Below the pieces are notes generated by a model that saw nothing but the letters and a program-made list of their open reading frames with translations, was not told where the DNA came from and did not search any database. The position numbers were made by a program, and so were the translations under genes. DNA of 63,939 bases, filler included, from Chiloscyllium plagiosum (lineage: Eukaryota): NCBI RefSeq assembly GCF_004010195.1. It is 6 parts of one record of this genome, joined end to end, with 100 filler letters (N's around TTAATTAATTAA, not from the genome) between each part and the next. Parts side by side here need not be neighbours in the genome. Positions count along the whole stretch, not along the records: positions 12,838 to 34,796 come from NC_057714.1; 5 more parts are not named here. One strand, given 5' to 3'. This document shows, piece after piece, positions 13,052 through 26,499 of the stretch (position 1 is its first letter; every line of letters begins with the position of its first letter).

Positions 13052-14009
13052 GATTCTCCTGTTCCCTGGATGCTGCCTGACCTGCTGCGCTTTACCAGCA
13101 ACACATTTTCAGCATCTTCAATTCAGTGTCAAGTGGATATAAGTCAACAGGGCAATCCTCCTAAGTATTTATCTGATTTATCTTAAAGCTAAATCTTTGA
13201 TATCTTTGGTTAATGGAATTCCATTAATTCATCTCTAATATCCACTATTTTTGCAGAAGAGAGTTCAAAACCTCTGCCACCATTTGTGTAAAACATACCT
13301 TATTTCTGAAAAATTAGACTTTAAATTTTAGTCTATGTAATTGTGCCCTACACCCCACAATCAGCAGATATTACTTAGTTCTACCTATCTTACCTGCTTC
13401 CTTTGATATCTTAAACTTGGATTAAATCACTCCTTAACCTTCTAAATTCAAGGAAATACAACCCTGAAGATTATCAATAAAGCAGGAATCCTGCCTGTTC
13501 TCCATATCTTAGCTGGCATGCTTGCTGAACTCTCAGTCAAATCACACCCAGTCTTGCTGCACAGCCCCTAACAGTAGCTGTTGCTTGATATCGGTAAACT
13601 AATTGTCGGAGGCAAAAAATGTCACTATTGCTCAGACTGAACTCTGAATAATGGCTCAGGTCTGTCAATAGTAAGTTAGCTGTGGCTGCAGTGAAGATTA
13701 CAGTTGCATGTTGAGACTGTGCATAAGTCCTAATGCAGGGATTGTCAGAAAAATTAAAACTGTTACCTGAATGATGATAAATTGGGAAAGAGGGAGTTGC
13801 AATGAGACCTGAGTGGCCTTGTACACCAGCAGGCAGTGAAGATGGTACATGGTATAATGACCGCCATAGTAAGAGGATTTGAGTACAGGAACAGGAATGC
13901 CTTGTTTTGTTTTTCTCTCTTCACAGATGCTGCGACCTGCCAAGTTTCCCCAGCATTCTCTGTTTGTTATGACAATGATGTACTATGATCACTGTTGTAT
14001 GATATGATT

Positions 14010-14475
14010 CTGTGGAATCAATAGGCTGTTGCTTGACTAGTCTGTTTGAAAGCTCACCACAGTTTGGCACTAGCTCCCAGTAGTAAGGAGGACTTTGCAG
14101 AGATGTCAGGACTAAGTTTTACCTTTGTCATTTTATCTGCCTAGGTGGGTGCCTGGTAGTCTGCCTGGTTTCATTTCTTTGATGCGTTTTAGTGGTTGAT
14201 CATTTCGGAGAGCAGTTAAGAATCAACCATATTACTGACGGTTGGAAGTCACACATTGGCCAAACTAGCTAAGGAGAGCAGATTTCATTCCCTGAAGAAT
14301 ATTAGTCATCCAGATGGATTTTTAGAGAAATAATTTCATGGTCATTTTTGGACTTTTAATTCCATTTTTTTTTACTTCAAATTGCAGTGTGGAATTTGTA
14401 CATGCGTCTTCAGATCAGTGCCTGGTTTTCTGGGTTACTAATCTGTATAATACCACATTGCCATCATCTACTCCC
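14010..14475 (-). mobile_element. 5' end of tRNA-headed LINE (head plus endonuclease start)
   Basis: Reverse complement of 30255-30750, including the LVPKLGEL..RLVKQQ segment. Confidence 0.7.
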
Positions 14476-17379
14476 TTCATCAGCTCCAGTTCATCAGCTG
14501 CCTGTGACAACTCCTGACTACGTCTTTGCTACTAAAGCTGAGAAGGCTCCTTGCCTTAAAGTGAACCCAAAATATGGCACCAAAAGTAAGCTGCCAGTTT
14601 TTAATTGGACCTGAATCAGACATAGGGATTCAGACCAAGATTGGAAGATTCAGGCCCTTAATTAAATAAATGTAAAGCGAAATCTTAAATGCTGAAAGTA
14701 AGACACAAAATGTGGAATTAAATTGCAGGTTGGTCAACATCCAAAGAGAAAAGGCAGCCTAATATTTTGGTTAGAACTACAAGGAAAGACTTTTCAGTGC
14801 TCCAATGCACTCTGAGTTATGTGACAGTTCCAGGCACATATGCAGGAAACTCAACAGCAGATCGATCCAAAGAACTAGTTCAAACATACACAGTCTGTTG
14901 CCATTAAAGCACTGTGCAACAGATTGTAGACATTTCAGGTTCTATACTTAGGTACAGTAACAAAGTATCATCTCACCGGACTTCCAAAATCTATCTGAAA
15001 TCATTAGCTTAGCCTGCCAACTATTCAAGGGTTCATAGAAAAATGATGGGGCCAATAGGTAGTGTTGTTTGATGGGGTAGCTGGGTGTGGCAGTTTTGTT
15101 CGCCCTTCAGATGCGTAAATAAATGAACAACAGCAAGTGGTGTCAGCCTGGTCAGACAACAGCACTAGTTGGAATTGCCACTGAGTCCAGAGCCTTCAAA
15201 CTGCTGTCCAAAAACAAAGGTCCAAATGAACCAGACTCAAAGAACCACCAGGAGGTTCAATGTTTCCATTTTCACTTTTTTGGTATTACAAGCACATTTA
15301 CAATCTTCCAGATAAACCTGAGATATTCTTTGGCAATTAAAAAGGACAACGTGGTTCTCTTTCCCCAATTCTTTTCCTATGGATTCAGAATGAAAGCATT
15401 CTCAGGACTATTTGATAGGAAGATTTGAGCCCATCTCCATTTAGAATTGTTTTGTGTCTTCATTGAAGAAGATGAATGTAACAAATATTCAGTCAGGATT
15501 ATTATACACTAATATAATAGTTTATGCACTGTTCACATTTTTTGTGTGATAATCTTTTAATATTAATCTGTGATATTTGTTGCAATAGATAGCTGTGATT
15601 AACTTCCACATTGTTAATTTATCTGTTTAGCAGTTTCCATTGTCCCTTGCACTGTGCCAATTTCTGCTACATTCCCATGGCAACACCCTGACCAATCAGA
15701 TTCTATCTGCCTTGACAGATAATGCTTCCTATTGCTGCTGTGCCAATGATGATTCGACCGATCAGCTGTCTCTTCTCACGCTGTATAAGTTGGTGTCCCT
15801 TTCTTCAAGTCTGTCTTTCTTGCATCCTAGTGTTGATGAGTATAAGATAAAAAGCTTCAATCTCTTGTCTCCTTTTAAAAGTGCTTAAGTCTGTGCTACA
15901 TTGAGGATACATCCTTTCGGTGTTCAAGTGCCCTCACAACCTTATATGTTCCAGTAACATCACTCCTTATTCTTCTAAATTCCAATGTATATAGACCTAG
16001 CTTATCCAAGCTTCCTCATAAACTACCTGCCCCCACCCCATCCCCAACATTAGTAGAATGAGCCTTCTCTAATGCACTTACTTAAAAAATGAGACCAAAG
16101 TTATATGTAGCACTTGATGTAGCACTCATGAATACCCTGTACATTTGGGGTTAATAGGTTTCCTGTGACATTATTCTTCTTTGATTACAAATATTTACCA
16201 AAATCTTAAAAGACACTTTCTTTTCTCACCAATTTGTATATAATATTGATGTTGCTGGCTACTCCAGGATGATAATGTCACACACTACTCTGATCAGAAG
16301 TGAAATGAGTTTGCAGTTAAGTTCCATCATTCGAGGCTTAAATGTACCAAGTTTAGCCAGCTCGAAACTTTTATTCAGCTTCATCTTGATCTTGAATGCC
16401 AACTTGATTTCAGTGGAGGAATGCCTTATCATATAGAAATCTTTCTTCTCCCTTCTTGCCTTCTATCCCCCAGGCTGTTTCACAGGAAAAGCATTTAACA
16501 GGGAAAAAGGATGCACTGGGACTAGTGTTTTGAACAACTGTCACGAAAGCCCATGTTTTTGGTTACAGGTTGCAGTACATGGTGTCTGCCAATGTTTACT
16601 TACCCTTTGCTCCCTGACTTGCATAATTGCTAGCAAAGGCAGCAAGAAAATGTGGAACAATTTCTGGAACTGCTTGATAATCTTATAAAGACCATATGTG
16701 CTGAATATCTTGACTGTAACTGCAGGGAGTAATAAATATATGCATAGGTTAAAATCATAGAAATCTTGTCCTTACTTTGAAAACAAAGTGAAGTACTTGG
16801 TAGACTGGTGTGCCTGAGAATTTTGATGGTTTGTGATGCCAACAGAGCTAAAATAAAAGTCAAAAACAGGAACGATAATCATAGTTTCTATAAAAGATGG
16901 CTGATTCATGCCATCTAAGTAGCAAGTTGAAAACTTACTTTGTTGTTCTGCCAAGGCATCAATTTCCCAAAGAGGACTACATTCTTTATTCTATTTATGT
17001 TAGAGAAGGATGAGTAGGAAGAAAAGCAGAGAAATATGGTGGTGAGGTTTGGAAGACAACAAAATCCAACCTCACTCTCAGAGGAGTTAAATTGTATGGA
17101 TATACAAAACCTTCTGAATACCTTTCAAAGCAGATTACCAACCACCCATGAACCACAAAGAGCTTTGGCTCGCTTGGCATGTTAATTTGAAAACTTTCTG
17201 AGGAAAGAAGACAATCCCTATTCTCTCTCATTGAACCTAGTGAGCTTTCTGTTGATCAGTTATTCATGGGCAAATGGCAACTGGATAACTTGGACAACTT
17301 CAACCAGTTCAGGCAGTTTACTATCTATACTCACACAATGCAAGTACATTTTAAATAAAATTAATTAATAAGAATAAGG

Positions 17380-17690
17380 TGTCGTTGATTCGGCCAGAAT
17401 TTACTGCCCATCCCAGAGGGCATGTAAGAGTCAACCACATTGCTGTGGGTCTGGAGTCACATGTAGGCCAAACCACGAGGATGGAAGTTTCTTTCTGTAA
17501 AGGACAGTAATGAATCAGATGGGTTTTACCGACAATCGACAGAGTTTCGTGGTCATCTTAATTCCAGATTCTTAATGAATTCAAATTCCACATCTGCTAT
17601 GGCAGATTTCAAACTCGGGTCCACAGAGTGTTATCTGGATTTCGGGATTAATATTCCACTAATAATACCACGAGACCATTGCCACCCCAA
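17380..17690 (-). mobile_element. tRNA-headed SINE (family of 24503)
   Basis: Homologous to 24503-24790 plus a short 3' tail segment. Confidence 0.7.
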
Positions 17691-18429
17691 CTTAATAGTC
17701 CTTCTACTTCCTCCATCAGGCTCTTACAATTCAGATGGCTCTATTCTAAGGATACTAATTCCTGGAATATTCCCAGAACATCCTTGGGCTTAGAATCTTC
17801 ACAGCCTTGAAATGCTGACTTTCCTCTGCCTGAGGTGACATTTCTAAGGACTGACTAAAGGCCTATTGCAATCTAAATAAATTTGAAATCTGAGAAATGA
17901 AAAACCTTTTCTGATCTTTGAACATAAGCATGTACTGTGCATAAACCAATTGAAAATGCAAAAATAAGAAAATAGAAATGGCGGATTAGGTGCTGTCAGC
18001 AGGCAGGGCAAGTGGGAGCCACAACAAACACATCTACAGGAAGTATCTGCAGCTTAAGGAGCATTCACTCAAAACTGAACTTGAGCCTACCTTTCAGACA
18101 GTGATGACTCAAAGGAAGAGCAAGTTAACTGGACAATTTGTTTCAGAAGGCAGTCACACCCATTAGGTTAGGTACAGTTACACAAGATAATGATTCTGAA
18201 GGAGTTAATTTTCATGTTTCATTGGAACCACTCGTTCTATTGATGTCTGTGGCTGGAGGTGAGGTATAGCTTCCAAAGGAGCAGGCGTACCTGTATCAGC
18301 TTTTAGAAATTATGTCTGATCAAATATACATATAGCTGCAAGCATGAAATAAATCTTGTTCCTTGAGAACAGTGCTTCTTTGATAGATATTTCATGGTGG
18401 TTTCTCCTCTGCCATGAAACATTAGCTAA

Positions 18430-19210
18430 GACCAAAAGAAAAGAGGATTGGTGACAGTGAGCTACTTCAAAACCCTTCCTCGTTACCAAATACTGGTCAA
18501 GCTGGCAAATACTGCAAGTGGTCATTTGAAAGAATACTCACAGTATTTTTGCTATGATCTGTGGCCAGGGATAGGGGATGTGACTGCAAGTGACACAGGT
18601 CTGGGGATCCGAAAGGTAACAATGGAGCAGCTCAGTTGTTCAACTGTTTATATATTGGTTCATTAAGCTTTTGTAGATGAGAAGTGTAACTGAAAAGTGC
18701 GATAGAGAATTGACCACAACAATGTAATGCAAACAGGAAGAATAATGAAGTAGCTGTATTGAAGGCCTAGAGAGTTCAGGCCATGGTCCTGTTCCTTGGA
18801 GCTGCCTGGTTCCAAAGTTAAGGACATTTCCTTGGGGCTGGAGGAACTTCGGGTCAGAGGGTAGGTATCCAGTTGCCATGGTCTATGTGAGTAGCGAAGA
18901 CATCGATAGAACTAAGAAAAAGATCCTGCTGAGTTCGCCTGAGCAGTTGGGGCTAAATTAACAGGTCAAATCACAAAGGTGTTCATCTCTAGAATACTAC
19001 CTAAGGTATGAGTAAACTGACATAGGATAAATTAGAATAGAAAAATGAATGCTTTGTAAATTGCTGTGGAAGAAATCTGTTTCTGTTTATGGTTCAGAGG
19101 CGTGAGTGCTGGGGAAAGTGTACCATTGGGATAGCCTTCATCTGAACTATGCTGGAGCTTGTGACCTGATAAATTGTATAACTAGAACATTAGAGAGTGT
19201 TTTAAAGTAA
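18430..19210 (+). mobile_element. Degenerate CR1 ORF1 (SGNH-esterase type)
   Basis: Decayed LPGSKVKDISLGLEE..PVAMVYVSSEDIDRT..LGAKL..TKVFISRILP, matching the CR1 ORF1 esterase pattern. Confidence 0.7.
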
Positions 19211-19419
19211 ATAGTGGAGATGCCGTTGTGGGACTGGAGGGTTCATATATGGAGGCTTTAGTTGTTGGTGAAGAAAGTAAGGGCAAGACAATCACGTGGA
19301 TAGGAACCCAGGTAATAGCTAGATTGTGACAGCCAGGGGTAGTGGATGCAAAAAGGGTGCACTAGTGAATCAAATAAGAAGAGTGAAAACTTGTAGAAAG
19401 ACAAGTTTAGAGGCTCTTT

Positions 19420-20145
19420 GTGCAAATGCACATCTTCATTAGAAAATGGATGAATTGACAGCTCAGCCTGCTTGGTGGATAGCGGCACTGATGAGCCATT
19501 CTTGGTGATGGACATTGTCCCACACCCAGACCATATTGTGTGCCCACACCAGTACATCCTACAAGTGGTGTAAGTGGTGTTCAACATGGAGGAGTATTGT
19601 TTTATCGGGGCAAGTGTGTGAGATGATCATTAGCAGGAGGTTTTCTTGTCAACAAATGGCCTGATGCCAAGAGAAATCCTAGGTTCTAGAGTTAATCCTG
19701 GGCATTCCACTTCCTCCTGACTGTATACCACTGTGTCATCCCCTTTAACTATTCGTCTTATGGACATACCCAGGAGTGGTGACAGGGTTGGCTGGGACAT
19801 TATAATGTATGATCCCATGAGAGTCATTACATCAGGCTGTCATTTGATTAGTCCATAGGGCAGATCTCCCAGTTTTGGCACACGCCTCTAATTATTGGTA
19901 ATGTTGACTTTGCAGTGTCTGTAGGGCTATGTGTGGCATTGTTGGTGCCAGCTGGCCCTTTTGTTTTGTTAAAGGACCTTCATGAACCAGAGGTTTTAAC
20001 AACAATCAATTAACTTTTTAAATTCCATATTTGTTAATTCAAATTTCACCGTCTGCCATTGTGTGATTTGAAGTCACAAGCCCAGAGCATTAGCATGGGT
20101 CTCTAGATTACTAATCCAGTGACAGTACCACCGTGGAACTGCCAG
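19420..20145 (-). mobile_element. 5' end of tRNA-headed LINE (head plus endonuclease)
   Basis: Reverse complement of 30255-31140; head at about 19975-20145. Confidence 0.7.
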
Positions 20146-23100
20146 ACCCATCACCCTGATGTCCTATATCCTACGTTCTTATAAGAAGCAGCTCCAGAGA
20201 AAGTGGAGGTATTGGTGATAATCTTTCAAAAGTTGTCATAGTCTCAAAAGACCATAGTCTGATCTCTCATTCAAGAGAGACAATGGAGTCATCAAGGTAT
20301 GGGCCAAATGCTGGAAAATGAAATTCGAATATCTGTAGTTGATTGTTTTTGACTGTTGCAGACTTGATGGACCAAAGGGTCTCCTTCTGTGCTGTAGATC
20401 TCCAAGACTCTAAGCAGGAGAGGCTGCACCAAAATGGTACCAATTGCATCTGGTAAGTATGTTAAATTGGATCTCCACATGCTCCACAAGATTACAGACA
20501 GCATTAACTTACCAATGTTAAAGTGAAACAACATTAGAAAGAATAACTTTAAATGAGTACTTCCTCTATGAATGAGGTAGACAAGAAATAGACTGTTTTC
20601 AATGTCCAAGCATACAACTACCAGTGGACACATACAGAAGGTTTTGGGCAAGAGATGCAGAGAATGTGAGAAAGCAGTGAATGGCACTGACTTGGAACTC
20701 ACTGCCCATGAGGATGGTCGAAACAGAAAAGAACAATGATTTCAAACAAAAATTAGATAAAGACTTGAATGATAGTAGTTGTACCCCTACCTCTGCATTA
20801 GGAGACCTGGGTTCATGTCCCACCTGCTGCAGGGGTGTGTAATAACATGACTGGTTGATCTAGAAAATATCTTTTTCAATAACAAGCAGGGGAGTGGAAC
20901 TGACTGCATTATGTGGGGCTGGCATGGATTCATTGGTTGAAAAGTCACATCCAGTGCTGTAAATAACTCTATGAGTTTATGATGCAATGTAATGCTTTTA
21001 TGTGAAAATTTTTGAATACTCAGTCTAGAGTAGCAAATCTAACTTTTATTTATTTAGTGACTTGTATGAAGGGTTTGGTCATTGTCTTCCACCTGATTGA
21101 TATATGATACTGGTCTCAAATTCAGGGGCAGATGCAGAGATACAATTGACATTGCACTGGATACATTTGTCATGAGCATGCGTTCAAGTCACACCTGAGA
21201 GAACTTTTTATAACTGAAGAAATATGTATAAATGAACATTTTAAAGGATATGGATGAAGGATAGAGAGTGAAGGTAACATTTTCTTTGCAATCTGGATGA
21301 TCGCATTTGGACAAAGCTGAAAATGCTGTTTCAAATGATGGGCTTTTAATATTCCCTTATCATTTGGTATAAACATTATCTCAAAACAATAGGCATTTAA
21401 TATATTTATTGCAGAGCGTTCTACAAGCACTAACATATGAAAATTCATACCTTTATAGTGTATCAAATAAATAGCTTCCTGCAGGTGAAAACAAAGACAG
21501 ATCACAATTTTGCGTATTATAATGGAAAACAGATGCGAGCTGATCAGGGAGAATAGGTGTTGACAGGAACTGCACACAAGGCAGCTGGGTCTCATTTTGT
21601 CAAGCTTGTGGCCTACTTCACTGTGCAATCAAAAACCCATCTTTTATTTTAATGCCATGAATTTAAAATTGGGACAGCATACATGGTCTGAGGCAGTGAG
21701 CAAACTAGCCCAGCACTAGCCATAGGAATCTATCTGTGATAACCAAAGGGAGCAACTCCCAGCACTCACCCGGGTTGTTAGATGGACTTTCAGGAGTGTC
21801 TCATGGTCAGAGAAGGAGGGAAAGGAGGGTAGGACAGGGACAGCCAACATTTTCCATGGAGCCTACAGGAACAGGAGTCCTGTTCTCCTCAAGGTCTCCC
21901 TGCATGTCAGAGCTTCAGACTATCCCCCCACCCAGCCCATGCAACCTCACCTACATCCTCGCCCCCACCTCCTGCCCCTGCTGCTGGTAAAATGTCAACA
22001 GAAACAGGAGGAAGCCTGTAATTGGGCCAAAGGACCCATAAACCTCCAGCTGTAATCACTATACAGCAAGATAACTAGTGCTCTGCTCCAGGAGACTATT
22101 AACAAAACATCATGAAAATATTAAATCAGTGTAAAGGAAAAACCATTTCTTAATTAAATTCAGAGCTCAGCTGAGGGAAATTACACTTTTTCTAGATTCT
22201 AATCATTCTTTGTCATCATGTAAGTCAAGGTGAGGGGAAACACAATGATGGCTTAGGCTGTTATGGTGGCAGGATTAATTCATTAAGATCAAAACCATTG
22301 GTGGGAATCTGTGCCTATTGGAGTTTACCATAGAGATATAAAGATCATAAGAAGAAAAATACAGACTTATTTTGCATTTGAAGGAAATTTGTGTATTGAA
22401 GTCAAGCAATTACTGCTAAGCCAGAGAAGAATGACAAATTCAGATAGATTTTGATATTTTCAGTTGATTGGAAAGCAGTTTCATGCAAGCTGCAGTTTTA
22501 CTACATAATTGTGGACAAACTTCCCTACTTTCCAAAACCATCAATCATATGTTCAGAATTAAATAAACTAATCAACATAAAATAATGTTCAGTTCCATAA
22601 TAACATGGAGGCCATCTGATCTGTTTTACTGGATTATTTTTTCACAGGAGAGCTTTGGTAAATGTCAATCAGACAAACTGACAGAGCGACATTTCAGAAA
22701 CACAGGGATTCCAGATGGCATGATGAAGATTGTATGTCTATAAGGTTTTCCTCAATTGGAGAACTGTTTTCTTTCAAAGTAGGCTCAATATATATAAATT
22801 ACATATTTCAAACATTACTATTAAAAACACTTTATGGACCAACTATTTTAGGAGAATACTAAATTCTTAGCAAGCAATTATTTTTTTAAAATATTAAACT
22901 TTCTTGGCAACAGTATATATTTTCTTAGAGTCATCAGTGCTGGTCTACTGATTCAGTTATCTCCATTAAATGTATGGCAAATAGAATATTCATATTGATG
23001 CAAATAAAAAGTCCTTTTTGAGATTAGTTTTGAGTACATTGATAGATATTAGACTTAATACAATGCTCAAATGTATGAAAATGTATCAAGCAGTCCCCAA

Positions 23101-23147
23101 TACCCAAAATTCAAAATTCACTTCGTCAACAGTAGCAGTCTGAAAGC

Positions 23148-23732
23148 TTGTTCTTTATGGAACTTCAGTTAGGCTACACTTGGAATACTGCATACAGCTC
23201 TGGTCACCACAATATCAGAAGGATGTGGATGTGGATGCTTTGGAGAGGGTATAGAAAAGGTTTTCCAGGATGTTGCCAGTTATGGGGGATTTTGGCTATG
23301 AAGAAAAGTTATACAGACTGGGTTTATTTTCACTGAATGTGGGGGTTGAGGGGCGACCTAATCGAAGTTTATAAAAATTTGTGAATGGCATGGATTGGGG
23401 GCAAGCATAAGGCTTTCTCCCAGGGTGGAGGTGTCAACTACTAGGAGACACAGGTTCAAGGTGGGAGGAGAGATGTTTAAAAGAGATGTGGAAGTCAAGT
23501 TTTCCACACAAAGAGTGGTGAATACCTGGAACAAACTACCAGAGGAGATAGTGGTAGCAGATACAATAGCAGCATTCAAGAAAAACCTGGATGAATACAT
23601 GAATAGGAAGGGAATAGAGGGATACAGATCCTGTAAGTGAAGACAATTTTATAATAGAAGGGCAAAATGTGGCGGTGCAGGCTTAGAGAGCTGAAGGGTC
23701 TGTTCCTGTGCTGCACTGTTCTTTGTTCTTCG
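23148..23732 (+). mobile_element. CR1 LINE 3' fragment
   Basis: LEYCIQLWSP and FSTQRVVNTWNKLPEE motifs; TGTTCT tail. Confidence 0.88.
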
Positions 23733-24502
23733 TTATTAATTTAGCTCCCTTGCATTTAAGAGATTGAGTTTATTAATAGCCATTTGTAGGTCTCCCAGAA
23801 CTTGTTTAATAAAGATGCTTGATGCAGGAACTGTAGTCCTTGGATGCCATAGACCATGAATCTCACCACAGCAAGTTATGACCATATGTTCATTAGTATC
23901 AGAAATAAATTGTCAAAGCAAATACCATGAAAGAGAGAAATTTAATTGGCTTTAACTTTCTCTTCAGGGAAGGAACTCTGCTACCTCCTATCTCCTGGTC
24001 TGCCCTATGCATTCATTTAATCTCAACGATGTGGATACCTTTAAATACCCTCTGAAATGATCTAACAGACCACTCTGTTGTAAAACTATCATTAAAAAAC
24101 AGAAAAGAAGTAGACAGACTTATACTATGCAACAGTTCAGGCATGGTATCTGGACAAGATACAGGCAACATTAGCAGGTTAAGCTAATGAGAGCTTTTTA
24201 TCCAAACCTCTCGGAACTGCTATTTAAATTGCAAACACTTAATTTAGACCAGGTCAAGTTGGACAGATTTGTACTCACTGTTTTCAGTCATTTACAACGT
24301 TTCTTCAAAGGTTCTGATGATCTCTCACTAAAGGCTATAATGGGAGATTGCAAGATTCCTTGTACAAATCCAATGCTGCTTAAAAATAATCATCTTTCTC
24401 CATTCAGTCAAGAGCTTGTCTGCATTTAATGTTAACCTCTCCACTATTAACACATTGGGGTATGTACTTTCTGGGCTATCCATTGCATAAGATCAGCAAG
24501 AT

Positions 24503-24975
24503 GGGAGAGGCAATGACGCAATAGTATTGGTACTGGACTAGTAATCCAGAGACCCAGGTAATATTCCAGAGATTTGGGTTGGAATTCCACCACAGCAGTC
24601 AATAGAATTTGAATTCAAGAAAATCTGGAATTAAAAGTCTAACAATAGCTATAAAACCATTAAAGATTTTTGTAAAAACACATCCGTTTCACTACTATCA
24701 TTTAGGGACGAAAACTACCATTCTTACCTGGTATGGCCTACAAGGGACTCAAGACCTACAGCAATATAGTTGACTCTTAGCTGCCATCCAAATGACCTCC
24801 ACAATTCCAAAATCTTGGAATTCCTCCCTATCAGCATTGTGGGTGTATCCAGGCCAAATGGACTGCAGTGGTTCAAGAAGGCAGTTTAACAACATCTTCT
24901 CAAGGGCAACCAGAGTTGGGCAAAGAATATTGGCCCAGTCAGCAATAAAAATATCCCAATGAATGAAAAAATGAA
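24503..24975 (+). mobile_element. Bipartite SINE: tRNA-like head, LINE 5' UTR and LINE 3' tail
   Basis: 24503-24800 matches 30252-30540. 24805-24970 matches the LINE 3' end at 51135-51275. Ends in (ATGA)n/A-rich tail. Confidence 0.72.
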
Positions 24976-25449
24976 CAAAAGAAATGTTTACTAGCAAACT
25001 CCATATCCTCTATCAGTCAGAAGGTAATAAATTATCATCATAAAATTTACATAACCTAAATCTGGACATACATTTATTTTTGATTATGTCACTAGGCTAA
25101 GATCTAGAATTCCCTTCATCTCTATTTGTAGAAACACCTCCACCATAGGAATTACAAGTAGGGATAAAATGTAAACATGAGCTTGCCAGTGTTGCTTACA
25201 TTCAGAGCAGAAATAAGAAAATAGGCACATGGAATTTAAGGTGGGCTCTTTTTCCATTCATTGACATAAATGGGGCAAGAATTGAGCTGGTTCAGGTAGA
25301 CAGGAGAGAAAGTGTGATGGGAAAATCAATCTGAACAATGGGATACTTCAATAAAGATATGGTTCTATTATAATCAAGGTATATCAGCAGAATGGAAAAG
25401 CAGGGCAAACAAATCCAGAGTTCCCTGAATGAAAAATAGGTATGAAATC

Positions 25450-25762
25450 GGGGTGTCACAGTGGCACAGTGGTTAGCACTGCTGCCTCACCCTGCCAGGG
25501 ACCCAGCAACTGTCTGTTTAGAGTTTGCACATTCTCCCTGTGTCTGCATGTGTTTCTTCTGGGTGCTCCGATTTCTTCTCACAATCCAAAGATGTGCATT
25601 AGGTGATTGACCATGTGAAATTGTCCATTTTGTCCAGGGATATAGAGGGTAAATAGGTTATGTATGGGAAATGGGGAGGTACAGGGAGAGGGTGGAATGC
25701 TTTTCACAGGGTCGGTGTGGACTCGATGAACCAAATGGCCTCTATCTGGACAAGGATTCTAT
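25450..25762 (+). mobile_element. HE1-type V-SINE
   Basis: tRNA-like head GTGGCACAGTGGTTAGCACTGCTGCCTCAC, V-domain GGGTGCTCCG..CAATCCAAAGATGTGC, and CR1-derived tail. Confidence 0.85.
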
Positions 25763-25994
25763 GTTTAAGAAGAAAAAATGTGCTTAAATCAGGTGTCACA
25801 TAGAAAATGTAATTGAGCACCAAGCAATACAAAATATTTAGAACGGAATTGAAAAAAGCAAATAAAAAAGGTAAAGAGGGTTTCGAAAAAATAACTGGTA
25901 GGGAAAATAAAGAGGAATTCCAAAGTCTCCTATGGGAAAGGTTGGTAAAAGAAACATGAAAGTTTTTGAGGAACGAAAAGGTTGCTTGAAAAGT

Positions 25995-26480
25995 GGGGGT
26001 GGAAGGTGTTGTATTGATGTGGAGGAGGCAGGCTGTGTAGGGTCTAGCAGGATGGATGGAAAGTGTTATATTGATATGGAGGAGGCAGGCAGTGTAGGGT
26101 CTAGCAGGGTGGGTGGAAGGTGTTATATTGATATGGAGGAGGCAGGCTGTGTCAGGTCTAGCAGGGTGGATGGAAAGTGTTATATTGATATGGAGGAGGC
26201 AGGCTGTGTCAGGTCTAGCAGGGTGGATGGAAGGTGTTATATTGATATGGAGGAGGCAGGCTGTGTCAGGTGTAGCAGGGTGGGTGGAAGGTTTTATGTT
26301 GGTGTGGAGGAGGCAGGCTGTGTAGGGTCTAGCAGGGTGGGTGGAAGGTGTTACATGTATATTGATGTGGAGGAGGCAGGCTGTGTCAGGTCTAGCAGGG
26401 TGGGTGGAGGATGTTATATTGGTGTGGAGAAGGCAGGCTGTGTTGGATCTAGCAGGGTGGGTGGAAGATATTATGTTGAC
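25995..26480. repeat. 57-bp minisatellite, about 8.5 copies
   Basis: Unit GGAGGAGGCAGGCTGTGTCAGGTCTAGCAGGGTGGATGGAAGGTGTTATATTGATAT, with substitutions and one 6-bp insertion. Confidence 0.93.
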
Positions 26481-26499
26481 ATTGCTGAGCTAAGGTGTT

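Larger units (their letters stand above)
12509..13111. mobile_element. Penelope-like element spanning a gap: inverted pLTR, then tandem forward pLTR pieces
   Basis: 12509-12679 is the reverse complement of the forward arms at 12680-12737 and 12838-13111. TSD GCATCTTCAATTCAGTG at 12492-12508 and 13112-13128. Confidence 0.85.
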
